Notes: generated by a model from the letters alone, not told the origin. A stretch of 64,000 nucleotides of DNA from Saccostrea echinata (GCF_033153115.1 NW_026889803.1:41602001-41666000); one strand, 5' to 3'. Numbered from the stretch's first letter, positions 1-13,420 are shown. Made by a program: numbers and translations.

Positions 1-269
1 TTTGTTGTCTTCGATTCTAGACCCGATCGTATTGAAGAAATAAAAACTAGGAAAGTACGTTTTGTATTATACATAAAACATTATTGTACAATTCTTTAAC
101 ACCTTACTCAAAACAAAATCCATGTAATTTAGTAATTCTATAAGATAAGAAAGAAGTGAAAGAAATCAGGCGATCGAAATTGATCGCTAGTAAATTAAAG
201 AGGGATAATTCCAGCACTGCTCTAATCAAAATTTAATAATCACAGTACTTCTTTTTTTTAATATGAAAA

Positions 270-354
270 ACACCGAATATTCGAATCTTAAATTCATATT
301 CGAATATCAACTCATCGAATGAATATTCGAATGTTCGAATATTCGTTGCCATCC

Positions 355-357
<3 letters not shown>
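270..357. mobile_element. Terminus of a hAT-like DNA transposon (reverse complement TAGGGATGGCAACGAATATTCG), with subterminal CGAATATTCG repeats; abuts an (AT)n tract
   Basis: TTGCCATCCCTA at 346-357 is an Ac-type TAGGGATG terminus. Repeated palindromic CGAATATTCG motifs lie just inside it. The same 12-bp terminus occurs at 55496-55507. Confidence 0.6.

Positions 358-440
<83 letters not shown>
358..440. repeat. (AT)n microsatellite
   Basis: Direct. Confidence 0.98.
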
Positions 441-443
<3 letters not shown>

Positions 444-1015
444 CACTAAAAACCAACAACACTGTATATCCTAAGTGTCGGATCTACTAAGTAGATACAA
501 GGTCACGGTNNNNNNNNNNNNNNNNNNNNNNNNNNNNNNNNNNNNNNNNNNNNNNNNNNNNNNNNNNNNNNNNNNNNNNNNNNNNNNNNNNNNNNNNNNN
601 NNNNNNNNNNNNNNNNNNNNNNNNNNNNNNNNNNNNNNNNNNNNNNNNNNNNNNNNNNNNNNNNNNNNNNNNNNNNNNNNNNNNNNNNNNNNNNNNNNNN
701 NNNNNNNTATTTGTTATGCTTATGGCAGGATCACTGTAGTTTCACTGTTGCAAGGGACACGCCATTAACCGAAAGTCACATTTATTGAAGCACGCACACG
801 TAACATACAAAATCAATGAGATTACACATTACATATCCGGAAAGATACACTACACTAAACTTTTGATATTCCTGCCGAATGCCAATCATATGTTCCCTCA
901 CTGCATAGATTTTGTAAAGGATGGCGGTCTTAAATAACAAAACAATAGCGTAATTATGCAGAGCTGGTAATACAAATACACATTCTAACTGTTTAGAATA
1001 ATAACTGACAAATAA

Positions 1016-1857
1016 AATAAGAGACCCAGGGGCCACATCGCTCACCTGACTACTTTGGCTAGGAAAAAGCAGAAATCAGTTCAGTCTTGAAAAGTTTAAA
1101 TATAAAAGAACTTACTTGATCCTACACTAGTCTTCCTAAGGATGCTTTTGAATTAATATGACACAAAATGGCTGTTGCTGATTTTTCCTATGTATTCCTA
1201 TTTAAAACTCTGATCACCCCACTGTGGCCCCAACCTACCCCACGGGGTCATGATTTGAACAAACTTGAATCTACACTACCTGAGGATGCTTGCATATAAA
1301 TATAACCAATCATGGCTTTGTTGTTCTTGAGAAGAAGATTTTTCCTATGTATTCCTATGTAAAAAATTGATCAACCATTGCGGGAGTCACGGGGAACAAA
1401 CTTGAATCTACACTACCTGAGGATGCTTGCTTATAGATATGACCAATCATGGCTTTGCTGTTCTTGAGAAGAAGATTTTTAAAGATTTTTTCCTATGTGT
1501 ACTTATGTAAAACTTTGATCGCCCATTGTCGCCCCACCCTACCCCATGCGGTCATGATTTGAACAAATTTGAATCTACGCTATCTGAGGATGCTTCCATA
1601 TAAATATGACCAATCATGGCTTTTCTGTTCTGAAGAAGAAAAAGATTTTTCCTATGTATTCCTATGTAAAACTTTGATCACCCATTATGGCCCCATCCTA
1701 CCTCTAGGGGTCATAATTTGAACAAACTTGAATCTACCTCACAATGATTCCACATAAGTCTCATATTTTCAAGCACAGTGGTTCTTGAGAAGATGGTTTT
1801 TAAATGATGCCATGAATTTTTCAAGAATTCTTGATTATCCCCCCTTGGAAGAAGGCA

Positions 1858-1891
<34 letters not shown>

Positions 1892-1912
1892 TACCCAATA
1901 CACTGTGGAAAG

Positions 1913-1976
<64 letters not shown>

Positions 1977-2000
1977 GACGACAGACAACGGACAAATTTC

Positions 2001-2045
<45 letters not shown>
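1016..2045 (+). mobile_element. Non-autonomous Helentron/HINE-like element carrying a ~150-165 bp satellite array
   Basis: Starts AAGAGACCCAGGGGCCACATCGCTCACCTGA. About 4-5 tandem units contain AACAAACTTGAATCTACACTACCTGAGGATGCTT. A GACAAC/GACG microsatellite is followed by the terminal hairpin AGCTCACTTGAGCCTTCGGCTCAGGTGAGCT and AAAAA. This is the layout of oyster HINE/pearl-like elements. Confidence 0.8.
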
Positions 2046-3119
2046 GCAAATCATCTTCTTAAATCATAATAGATTCAGCATAATGAAATAAATAGAAGAT
2101 ATGCAGACCATACTCTTACAAAAAAACATTAATATTAATTTTAATCAAAAGCGTATTAATCATCGTTGAATTCAGAAGGGACCGGGGATGGAGGGTAATT
2201 AGAATAATACCTGTAGTTTGAAAAGGTGACGGGATCTTTACTATTTACCTTTTCTTTGATTATCAAAGAATACGATTGTTTAAAGCTTTGCTATAAATTA
2301 GCAAGTTACCATTTCTGTACTTCCATCTTCTGACATGACTACACTATCAACACCCACACCTTTGTCCGGTAATAATACACATCTATACCTTCATCTTTCA
2401 ATCTATAATTAAATTAGAACTAGCTCATATTTCTTTATTAATTGAAAAGCATTTAAGGAATTGATTCTTTAAGCACTTTTCGTCATAATGCTGCATTTGT
2501 CGTTGATAAATCCGTAAAGAGAGTACACTATAGAAAGTGTTTTCTCTTAATGGATTTATCAACGAAATTGAACACTGAATTGTTGCCTTTGACGTCACAG
2601 CAATATTACACCGAAAACTTATTGAAATATGCATATTGTCGTATTTGAATTTCAACTCTCAATATCGCATAAAATATGCTTACAGCAACGTTTATAGTAT
2701 TCAGTATTTCAATAAACAAGGCTGTAGATAATATTTTTTTCAAAATATTGATTTTTTAAAGAGCATGCGATAAGTCCTTTAAGGTTGATACTTTCGTCTA
2801 ATGGAGGATGGTTGAAACATATCACAACTAATTTTGAGAATTCACGGGAAAGTGTTATTATGAGCACCTTCTTAAAACATACATGTGAAATTTAATGTAA
2901 CCAGGCTTCTAGGGGGGGGGGGATGCGACTATAATATTTTGACGCACCAGATTTCGACAAATTATGTCTCTTCAGTGATGCTCATGCCGAAACTTTGGAA
3001 ATTCGAAATATTTAAATTAAAAAAAAACTTTGAAAAGCTGAAAAAAGGGGTGCCAAAGACTGGAGCCAAATACATCGAAGGATCAGAGCTATGCATGTAG
3101 AGTATATGAGTGAAAAGTA

Positions 3120-3396
3120 CAGGCCCGTAGGAAGCAATTTCAGTTTGTTTTTTTTTAGGGGGGGGGGAGGCACAGCCAATCATTTTTCAGTTGACAGTTG
3201 AGGGGGCACTACCAAAAATTAAAAAAAAAGGGTCATCAACTACCAAAATTCCTTGAAAAGCTAAAAAAAAAAAAAGGTCATCAGCCGTTTTTATTGAAGG
3301 GGCACAAGCATATATTATCTATGTTTACTATAGTAATCTATATATCGGCAAATTTATTGGGGGGGGGGGGCTGTCCCCCCCGTTCCTACGGCCATG
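3120..3396. mobile_element. Short TIR element (MITE) with poly-G/poly-C subtermini
   Basis: Inverted ends CAGGCCCGTAGGAA ... TTCCTACGGCCATG. Confidence 0.55.
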
Positions 3397-6300
3397 AAGT
3401 GACAATGTTTGAGAAAACTCCTTGAAGGTGATATATATTCTCTCCTCTTAGTCTAATTCCACTTACGGATCACCAATAATTTGTCTTTGAAAAAGACAAA
3501 TATACGTAATTGCTTTTTTGCAAAAAATATTAATTTTATTTTATTGCCTCTTACACATCTTTCCATGTATACTATAAAAATTTCCTTCCCATTTTTTTTT
3601 ACATTCATAATTATTATTTGCTAAATAGTTCGGGTGGCTATTAATCAGTAAAATGCTCTATTATTAAATCAATATATAAAATTCTTTTTTCCCCTTTACT
3701 TCTATATTATTTTTAAAAAAATCAAATGGCAATTTTTTCTCCAAAACTTTTCCCAGTACAAAATGGTCCTCTCTTAATGCAGTCTTCCACTAGTCCCTTT
3801 CAATCTCATGTCCTATACTTTACTAATACCGGTGTTACCATCTAAATGATCTTTTCTAAGTATAATTCTAGTTTTCAGTTATCTTTTCCCTGCATTATAT
3901 AAAAAAGTTAGAAAAGAATTAAGATTTAGAAAAAAATAGCAACTGTACGTATTATACATCCCAAAATTTGAAAATTATCAAAAGTTTTACATTTTATAAT
4001 TTCAGACAATGAAATTCACCGACAAAAAATTGCCTCAGTGATATTTATCACCAAGATGTTAAACTCGATATAAGATTCATTCATGAATGTTGTTTTACCA
4101 CAATCTCTTTATTCAACAGATCGGGTACACTACCTTTTATGGAAGACAATTTTAAACACATGACGATGTTTTCGTCAAACCCATTCGCAAATCAATTGAA
4201 TGAGTCGCAAAGCATGACGGTCTACTACGTGTTTACGATTCAACAGCGACACGTGGATTTCGTAGGTTTTTTGCATTATATTTACTTGGTCAAGGAAAAA
4301 CTGTACTTCTTTTTTACTTTATTAGGGTGAAATTGAAAGATTATATTCCAAAGACACTGTTCTATGCTCACATTTAATATGGAGTTGTTTTAGAAGAATA
4401 ATAGTCGATTCAAATACCGTACAAACGCTTTGACTTTGCCTGCACATAAAACATTTTGATGATATTGAGGAGTTAAATAATAATAATAATTGAGCAACTT
4501 GTACTGCTGTCTAAAATTATGTACATGCATGTATACCACGTGAAAAAACAAACTCAGTGGTTTATCGACACAATAGCACTTAGTCTCTTCGAACAATAGT
4601 TTACGCCGATGTATTACAAGTTGATATAAGGCTTCATGAAGCAAATTTTGTAAATGTGAGCATAGAAATGAAAGATTATACATCACTTTCAATATTTCTT
4701 TCATCAATATAAAAAAAAAATTGCAAATGAGTTTCCAAGGGACAATTAAAGTTGCTCCTCATTTTCAACACAACCGAGTTCGTACTGATACTTGTAGTAG
4801 CCCACAATGCATTGCGACTCATTCAATAGTCGGTAAAGTAAACAGATAGCTAATTTACATGCAAATTTATGCTGACGTCAGAAAATCTAGTGGCCTCGAC
4901 CTGTTCAACCGAACTCTAATCTATTATCTAACAGGTGAGCCGAACGTTAAAGAAGCGAAACCAAAATGTTGCTTTGACATAACATGCATGAAATTTCCTC
5001 GACAAAACAGGCTCGGTTGTGCTTCTTATGAAAGGGTTGTTGAAACCGAGAAGGATCATTTTTCAGACATGAATTACATTGCTCTTATGCAGTGTGCAAT
5101 GAATACGTTTACAGATTTATATCAAAACATCTTCAGCTATACATTTGCAATACTCATGTTATGAGTCATTAAATTATAAATCGAACTTTCTGAAAATACA
5201 TTACCTGCATTGCTTAAAAAAAAATAAATATGAATACTGATTATACATCTCAGGTTAGAAAACCGCAATCTAAAACATAACGTATAAAGTAGTATCTCAA
5301 GTCAATGTTTTCAACAGTGTTTAAACAAACATAAAAACCATTACAATTTTCCGTCCTCTGTTAAGAATGCAAAATTAAATATTGTTTATCGAATTAATAA
5401 TTTTCCTATAATGGTAGGTTTCTAAACGCACTGGACTAGAGGATTTATTAATGTACCATTCCTCCATACATTGCAGTGCTAGAGGCTGGTAGTCATGATA
5501 AAACTTACTGGCAAATAATTCTTTTTCTGATACTAGTTTATTTAAATCACCAATTCCAAACACACAGACGTCTCTAACATATTTTCCATGGCAATCCATT
5601 GACCCTTGCCAAGTCACACTTGCTGCTATCCATAATTTTCTGTCTGGAAATCCTGCAAAAAATGCTTACTATGAAATTCCATCTGTTATGCTAATGGTTT
5701 ACTATAGTTAAAACTATAAAAAAAAAATTGTAGGGGATTCAAAGTTTAGAATATTGTCGGTAAGGAATACTAAGTAATGCACAAGAATGAATTAGGGCTG
5801 TTTGAGATTAAATAAAGATTTTATCTAATACACTTAAGCCAACGTCTAAAATGCTAAAATATTGATGAGATGCAAAACCTTTCAGGCTGATAGAAATAAA
5901 AACACAAGGTAAACAGAAAAATACATGCTTTGGAGAATATACATGTATGTATCATCTAAAATTTCCATATTCCTTGGGTTTTGTTTTTTGTTGTTGTTTT
6001 TTTTTTGTTTTTGTTGTTGTTGTTGTTGTTTTTTTATTTAATTAACATGAATTAAAAAAAGATCAACTGAATTGTTATTAATAGATAATCTAAATTCGAT
6101 GAATAATTACATGGATGAATGTGTAACTGTTACTGTGAAGACGAGCATTTGATTAAGAGGGATGGAAAGCGGGGATTAAACTATTATAATGAAAAAAATG
6201 AGCAAGCTTATATACCCCATGCTCCCACATTGCTTGGCAATGCTTCACTTGATGAATGGCAATTTTATATATTAAAAACAACAAATAATTACCACCCCCT

Positions 6301-6805
6301 CCCGCCCCCCGACAAAGAATAAAAATATTAATTCTGAATTTCATGTGAGTATACACATCTACACAATAGTAACGACGACGGACCTAATTTATTTCTACAA
6401 TCGATTTTTTATTCAAATTTTAATATGAGGTAAAGTAACTTTACCTTTATTGAGTTAAAATCAATAAAAAAAAATCATATGGTCAACGATGTAGATTTTT
6501 AATGGGGAGCGTTTCAAAAGTTGGCGATGGAATCGATAATTACTATAGGAAGTAATGGGAAATTGCCAGTGAAGGGTATAAGAGTGATCATTGAAAAAAA
6601 AATTCTGCAATAGAATTTTTATTCATATCAAAGGACAATGATATCAAGACAATTTACCAGCAAATTATGTCAAAAAAATAAATGGGTCATCGGCTTAGAT
6701 TTTTCAGGGGGGCATGTCAGACTCAGGTGTAGTGCACATTTTGGTGGAAATTTTCAATGAAAATACCTTGGCCAAATAAATCATTTATTTATAAAATTAT
6801 CAAAT

Positions 6806-6887
6806 GAATATAAATCAAAATATTTTTGAATTGAGAGGAAACGTTTGATATAAATCAAAATATTTTTGAATTGAGAGGAAACGTTTG
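6806..6887. repeat. ~40 bp perfect tandem duplication
   Basis: ATATAAATCAAAATATTTTTGAATTGAGAGGAAACGTTTG x2. Confidence 0.9.
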
Positions 6888-7011
6888 CAGATCTTTAAAA
6901 GAATAAAAATGTATATTTTTTTATCTTTTGCAATGCATAATTATGTCAATTTGATTCATGGCATATGCCCGGTTTTCTGCGCAGTGGCGCGAAATTTCGA
7001 ATTAGGTCCAA

Positions 7012-7368
7012 CGTTCTTAACTACAAAGTGACGTGAAATTCTGTTGAGTTTCAGAAAAGTGACAAACTGCTTTAGTAGTATATATAAATTTGGTCAAACT
7101 TCTAAGTTCAAAAGGAGCATGACTCCCGGAAATAAATTGGAACTGGAATTTCCTGCAAATATGCACATTTACATATTATGTCCGTATTAACTGCAAAGTT
7201 TCACAAAATTCTGTTGAGTGGTATCAGGGGAGTTGCAAGCACTGATGAAAGACAAACTTCTATGTTCAAAAGGGGCATAACTCTCAGAAAAAAAAAATTA
7301 TCGGAATTTTCTGCAAATATGCACATCTACACAATATGTCCTTATTAACTACAAAGTTTCACAAAATA
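7012..7368. repeat. ~160-170 bp satellite-like tandem units (about 2.3 copies) in the GCNT intron
   Basis: Recurrent AAACTTCTAAGTTCAAAAGG..CATAACTC..CTGCAAATATGCACAT.TACA..ATGTCC.TATTAACT.CAAAGTTTCAC. Confidence 0.75.
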
Positions 7369-7479
7369 AAGTTTATGTGCCCAACAACTACATCGTGAGA
7401 CCAGATTTAAAAACAAAATATGCTCAACTGATTTCAGAATGACTGAATGATTCTATTATGTTTACTACATTTCAGGACC

Positions 7480-7510
<31 letters not shown>

Positions 7511-9159
7511 TTCCAAAAACCTACAAAAAGTGTGCCCAACTGATTCCAAAATAATTATATCTTTTCAAATATCAGGACCCTTTGTTTTAAATTCTAAAAA
7601 CTGTCCATCTTTAAATGTTCTTCACCTTGCAATAATATAATTATTCTGTATATTCCTGTAACATACCTAGTACACCGGGGACATTTAGATGTTTATTGCT
7701 AGCCAGCGTCGCCCAAAAGAATTCGTCAGGGCTATATGTGTCATATAACCAATCTAAAATAACCTGAGCTTTGTCATCATTTATTGTATAATTCACAAAG
7801 CTCCAACTAAAAACACCATAAGCGCTTCCCTTTCCTACAGTGATGTTAAAAGATGGTGGGTCCTTTTTCTTTCCTGTTGCCTCCATTTTACCATTTTTCA
7901 CCGAGTAAGATTCATTGCATCGATAATATGATTACTCATCGTAAACGCTCTCAATGCTGCTAATGCCATTATAATTTTTCAAAATCTTAACAATTTCTGC
8001 GTTCGTTTTCAAGGGGTATACTTGGGATGGTAAATTGATGACATATTGCCATTGAATATCAGTTTGATTTAGTAAATCGGACATACAGTTTAAGTCCGCC
8101 CTTAGTCGGGAAAATCCGGCGTATACAACATCCTCTAATTTTGAAGCAATGAAAACATTGGGAAGGCAATTCGAGATGGATTCCAAGGCGTATAACAAAG
8201 TAGCATTGGAACGCTTGTCCACGTGTATACAATAAATATTATGTGATCGATAAATTGTTCGGAGCAATTTTTCTGTTTGGGTGGCATCCTTGTGAGTTAA
8301 TATTGTGTAAGCAATCGGTAAATCAAGCTCATCTTGGGATACGACGAAATTGTCATAACTATGTACTTCAAAGAAACTTTCACAGTTTTGAGCTAAATCT
8401 CCCATTTCAGTATCTGTTGGGAATTCGTATGTTCTGTGTGACATTGTATTATTGACCGCTGATATGTACTCTTCGTCCCCCTCAATTATTCGACGACAAT
8501 CAAAATCATGAACCACACTCTTAGGGCCTGACCTTAGAGGAACTGGAGTTGAGGGCTCGGAGGTGATATGGTAAAGTCTGTCTATTTGTTTGCATGGTAT
8601 ACTGATCATTCTGAATTCTATGTACCGACACATGGCAAAAATCACAGCGATAACTACACAACTTCCTAGAAAGTTCCGATATGTCAGAGTCATTCTTTTA
8701 GGGGAAACAACAATGCATGAATTTACAAAAAAAAAAAATCATAAAAAAATTCTTAGAGATATAATTTAATTTGTGTTTTATAAATTATTAAGTACTTTAT
8801 TACACATCAAAATAAAAAACCTAACACATTGCTTTATTCAATTTAGAAGACGCCATCTTCCCAAATAAAAAAAAACCCAGATCTCATTCAAAAAGTTTCA
8901 TTAACTAAGATTCACTTTTGATACATCAGCCAGTAACAGACTTTTTATGCGCTGTAGTGGGCAATGATATTGTAAAATCTACTACTGTTATAATAAAGCA
9001 TTAATGATTACTTTGTATAAAAAAAATTATATATTTACATCCCTTAATGATATTTTTGTGTGATTTTCACATTCACTCACGAATTTGTACTTAAATTCTT
9101 ATCAAAAATATATATTGTATTGAAAATTAATAACGATATAGCTATATAATAAATGGATG

Positions 9160-9162
<3 letters not shown>

Positions 9163-9248
<86 letters not shown>
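9163..9248. repeat. (AT)n microsatellite
   Basis: Direct. Confidence 0.98.
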
Positions 9249-9249
<1 letters not shown>

Positions 9250-9805
9250 AAAGCATATTCCAAACTTCGTCATCGGTATCATAAATTGATTTAAATTATT
9301 ATGCTGAATAAATGGTAGGACAAAATCTTCTTTTTTTAATTTATACAACTAAAATAATGTCTTCCTAAATAGTTTTGTATTATCGTATCATCTTGATATA
9401 AAATAGGAATTTATATGAGGAAAGTAAAATAAACTTCATAAACTGAATAGCCTTTAATCAAAAAAGTTGTACTAAATCAGTGAAAATATGTAAATTAAGT
9501 TATAAAATTATGGTAATTGAAGTGAAATAATATTCCACTGCAAAGAGAGACATGGAACAATCTCAATCCTTTAAAAATCGCCTAGTGAATCACCAAAGTA
9601 TGCAAAATGTGAATATTAATGCAATAGCTTTTTTATTGTTTTGTCCAAATGCAATATGTTAACCTAGCTGATGTTGATCAAGTACATGAAATGCACTAGC
9701 AAATTATATACCATTGTGTATGTTCATCATGTCTGACAGATTTTTTCTTCGTTTTTTTTCATGTACATACTTATATTTTTCTAATATGTCGACATATTGT
9801 AGAAT

Positions 9806-10082
9806 TTTACTTGCTATTGAGCAAATCTATGCTTCTGTCCTACCTGATTAAAACTGTTCACATTTTCAGGAATCCAGTCCTTTTGTAAATAGGTAATACT
9901 TCCATAAATCTAAATAATGTTCATATTTTCGCGTATTACAGTGGTTACCGCATGCAACATGCACCAAATTCGATACATAGGAGGTGACCCATTTTTGCGC
10001 ACGGCATGTAACGTTAGAAAACATGATCATTAACCCGTTTTGCATCTTAAATGCACATTATGCAACGCATTTAAATACGACA
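9806..10082 (-). promoter_or_regulatory. Putative promoter and 5' non-coding exon of GCNT copy 1
   Basis: Collinear similarity to 62525-62900. The donor position reads GCAAGT at 9814-9809 (GTAAGT in the paralog). Lies 1.1 kb upstream of the coding exon. Confidence 0.55.
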
Positions 10083-11269
10083 CCCTAGACTCCAAAGGGC
10101 AAGGTTTGTAAATCAAAGAAGCCTACAATTTTCTCAAACTTTAGAATTGAATTCTTATAATGAAGCTTGATTAAATAACGTGTATCGGGCACACAATTTC
10201 GGTAAACGCAACAAAATAATGTTTTAAACTGTAATTTTATTGAAAATATGAAGAAAAAAATCAGCTATGAAATCGGGACATATCACAAGAATAAAATGTA
10301 TCCAGATTGCCGACCGTCACTCAGAAAACGGTGATTTATATCTTCTTTACAATAATAATACAAAATTGAAAATGGAGATCTAGATTACTTTTCACATGAT
10401 TTCTAAATGAATGCCATAAAATGCGTTATTTTCAACACAATTTAGAGATAACTGTAAAGGAAGGGAAAAAGAAGTTTGAATTATGACGTCATTATGGATC
10501 TGGCACTAAAAGGCTATCTAGTAATTTACTCGATCTCCATGCGCACCTACATTAAATAAGTTGCATAAACTGCTTTAGGTACGACGTCTCCCCCTCTTAG
10601 CTTTGCACCGGAAATTTTTTTCTGAATTTGCAAAAGCATTACAGTCCCACAATATGATAATTTGTCCCACCGTTGTTGATAATTGTAACTGAAAAGAATT
10701 CATCGAACCTTTTTTTAATTACTTTAATTATATGATTTTATTTTAACCTTTAATTTTTATTCCATGAAAGTACTTCGGGGAAATACTTCTGGAAAAAGTT
10801 TATTCTGTGAATGAGAGAATATGCGTTTCAAATAAGAAATTTTATATTATTGATTTAATAAATTATATATAAGGAGAGCGTGTAAAGATAGAATTTTAAC
10901 TTGGTTGGGAAAATAAGGGTTTTTTCTACCAGTCGGTCATATACGTCACTCTGTCAACAACGAACAGTTCATTGTAAGGCGGAGCTTCAATTTTCAGCGA
11001 GAAGCAAATAAGAAGCGTAAATTTCACCACTCCTTACGAAACAAACAAGCATTCCCCAAGCTTCAATAAGTTTCATTATATCTTTTTTTAAGATAAAATG
11101 CATGTGTGTCTTGTTCTTGTTTCATCATATTATACACATATTTGACGTTATGATTATGCTGTCGATACACGTTAAAATATATATGCAATCTTTTAAAGCC
11201 TAAAAAAGTTTTGAATTTATATACAAGGGTAGGTATCCAAGGAAACAAATATTTTTCATATTTATATGC

Positions 11270-12385
11270 ATACTGAAAGGAAAAAGAAACGCATATTTTT
11301 AATTTATCTACTACAACTGTGTCTGATCATGGTTAAAATAGTTTTGAATTTATTTGGGCTTTAAATAATATCCAGAAATGGATAGAAAATTACTCAACCA
11401 TGATTCTGGTGTGTTCGGCGTAAACAGGTATAGTTTGCCTATAAGCTTTTGGTTGAAAGAAATGTAGCTAGAATTTTGGATAAATTTCATCTATTTTTGA
11501 AATCTCCAATGATTTTTTTTTAAAATCCCCGGTGAGAATTTAAACAGATTTTGACCCGAAAGGATGCCATGCCTTACTTAAATTCTAAGATTCTGGTTGT
11601 TGCCATGCTAATGCAAAGATACCATCAGAATGAAATTGCTGAGCAATTTAATATGTCACAAACTGTATCGCGTCTTGAACGAAGACTAATGTTAGGAGAA
11701 AGCATTAAAATCCGGCCAAGAAGCGAACGTCTTCAGGGGAAACCTGACTTCCGGTCTTATATATCCGTTTAATCTACCAACGGAACAGACTTCGAAATGC
11801 AAGTGAAACTAATAGTAACATTCACGTATACCGCAATGACAGAATTGGAGAGAAAACTGTATGCCAAAGACTCGTAGATGCAGGCCTCAAAGCATGCAGG
11901 TCATCCTTTTACAACCAACAATGTACGCACTCAGAATGGTCACCATTTAGTTAAAATTCTTCAGTAGAGCAATTTGGCGCAAAATGTTCGACGGACCTGA
12001 CTTTGAAATCCGATCTCAAACACCACCAATGAGCTGAGGCAAGCTGTTATGGAGGAGTGCAATCTCATCCCTATTCAAAGAATGAACCATCTGATCAATT
12101 CCATGCTCAAAATGATACCAGCTTTTGTAAATGCGGCATGATGACATACGCGATATTGACTTTCGAAATTAGGAATTTTAAAATTCAGACCTCTACTCCC
12201 TACAATCAACAATTGCGGTGCTAAAATGTCATTTGATTCGATATAATACCTATGATTATGACACTTATGAATAACATAAGATATTACATTAAATTGTATG
12301 TGGATATCATTGTGTCGCATAGTAATAAATGCTAACCTTATACATGTATAATTATCTAGATATGCGTTTCTTTTTCGAATGTAGA
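11270..12385 (+). mobile_element. Degenerate, internally deleted Tc1/mariner transposon
   Basis: TIR core GAAAAAGAAACGCATAT / ATATGCGTTTCTTTTTC. HTH-like MPYL..EIAEQFNMSQTVSRL..RPRS, then TVCQRLVDAGLKA and a C-terminal ELRQA..LINSM..HTRY in shifted frames. The DDE core is missing. Confidence 0.75.
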
Positions 12386-13179
12386 AATTTAGACCATACT
12401 ATTGCCTTTGAATAATGCTTTACAGTCATATAGAAATGTGATCTGTAATAAGATAGGACCTGATGAAAACATACAGATAGTTAGGCCAATTTGAAATTAC
12501 TTTTCGGTATTACAACCTTAGCAACATTTGCCAACGAATGATAAAATATAACACTTCTTCCTTAGAATATTTTACAAGGATCTTTTCTGTTATTTTGGCT
12601 ATTTTTCAACTTATACAAATTTTTTTGATATTTTTGCACCTGCCTGTTTCAATTCATAAATTTTGTAAGAACAAGCTAATATAAGAAATGTGTCCTTTAA
12701 ACATTTTTTGGTAAAATTTAAAATATTTTATGAATTACGATTGGTTGAATGTTTGATTTAATTACTGAGTTACAATTGATGTACGAAATTGTTTATGATA
12801 TATGTATAGCTCTTCAGTTATTCATTAAAATTTGTTCGAAACAATCACATTGTTTTACTTTCCCAAAACAAAAGTCCTTTGGTACACCTAGTATTAATTA
12901 ACCATCATATTATACTATTACCCTATTGCATAAAATTGTAAGCAGAAATCACTAACCTAATACATGTATTTGTATATGATACACATTGCTTTTCCTTATT
13001 AAGCTATAATTTCTGTACAAAATTTTAAAATAAAACTTACATATGTTTCAGAGAGACATAGTAATATATAGTATAGATGATTTGAACACAAACATAGCCT
13101 ATTGGCTCTGAAAGGCAAACCTATACCGAAGAGCATAAATGACAAGCATTTACTTTTTTTCACTGTGTTTAGAATGTGA

Positions 13180-13420
13180 AATTATTCATTGCTTATCGAG
13201 GTAGTTAATTTCCTATATTGATATAATTCCAAACGATTTATTGAAATAACATAGCACGACAGTGCTAGGGGCTAATAGTCATGATAAAACTTATTGGCAA
13301 ATAGTTCTTTTTCTGATACTAGTTAATTAAAATCACCTATTCAAACATATTTTTCATGGCAATCCTGTGACCAATACCCAGTCACTATCTTCAGTCCTTA
13401 AGTTTTGTCTGGCAAACCTG
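13180..13420 (-). pseudogene. Degenerate last exon of GCNT copy 2
   Basis: Aligns to 5375-5652 (e.g. TAGTCATGATAAAACTTATTGGCAAATAGTTCTTTTTCTGATACTAGTT). Acceptor TTTTTGCAG retained; deletions and stops present. Confidence 0.85.

Larger units (their letters stand above)
5375..8693 (-). pseudogene. GCNT-like beta-1,6-GlcNAc transferase (GT14) copy 1, disabled; exons 8693-7667 and 5652-5375
   Basis: N-terminal TM segment and motifs PIAYTILTHKD, NIYCIHVD, RADLNCM, YSPDEFFWATL, CHGKYVRDVCVFG. Phase-1 GT-AG intron 7666-5653 joins LG|FPDRK. In-frame TAA at 7932-7934 where copy 3 has AAA (Lys). The upstream acceptor CAG has become TAA at 8723-8725. Confidence 0.88.

Noticed and set aside
475-768. 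ORFs spanning N gaps (also 30602-31138 and 49022-49299)
   Set aside because: Open only because Ns contain no stop codons.
1100-1900. CRISPR-like regularly spaced repeats (also 27820-29150 and 38270-38530)
   Set aside because: The intervening sequences are homologous to each other (satellite monomers or degenerate repeats); eukaryotic context with no cas genes.
7932-7934. Programmed read-through or selenocysteine at the GCNT internal stop
   Set aside because: The codon is TAA, not TGA; the paralog has Lys; other lesions indicate decay.
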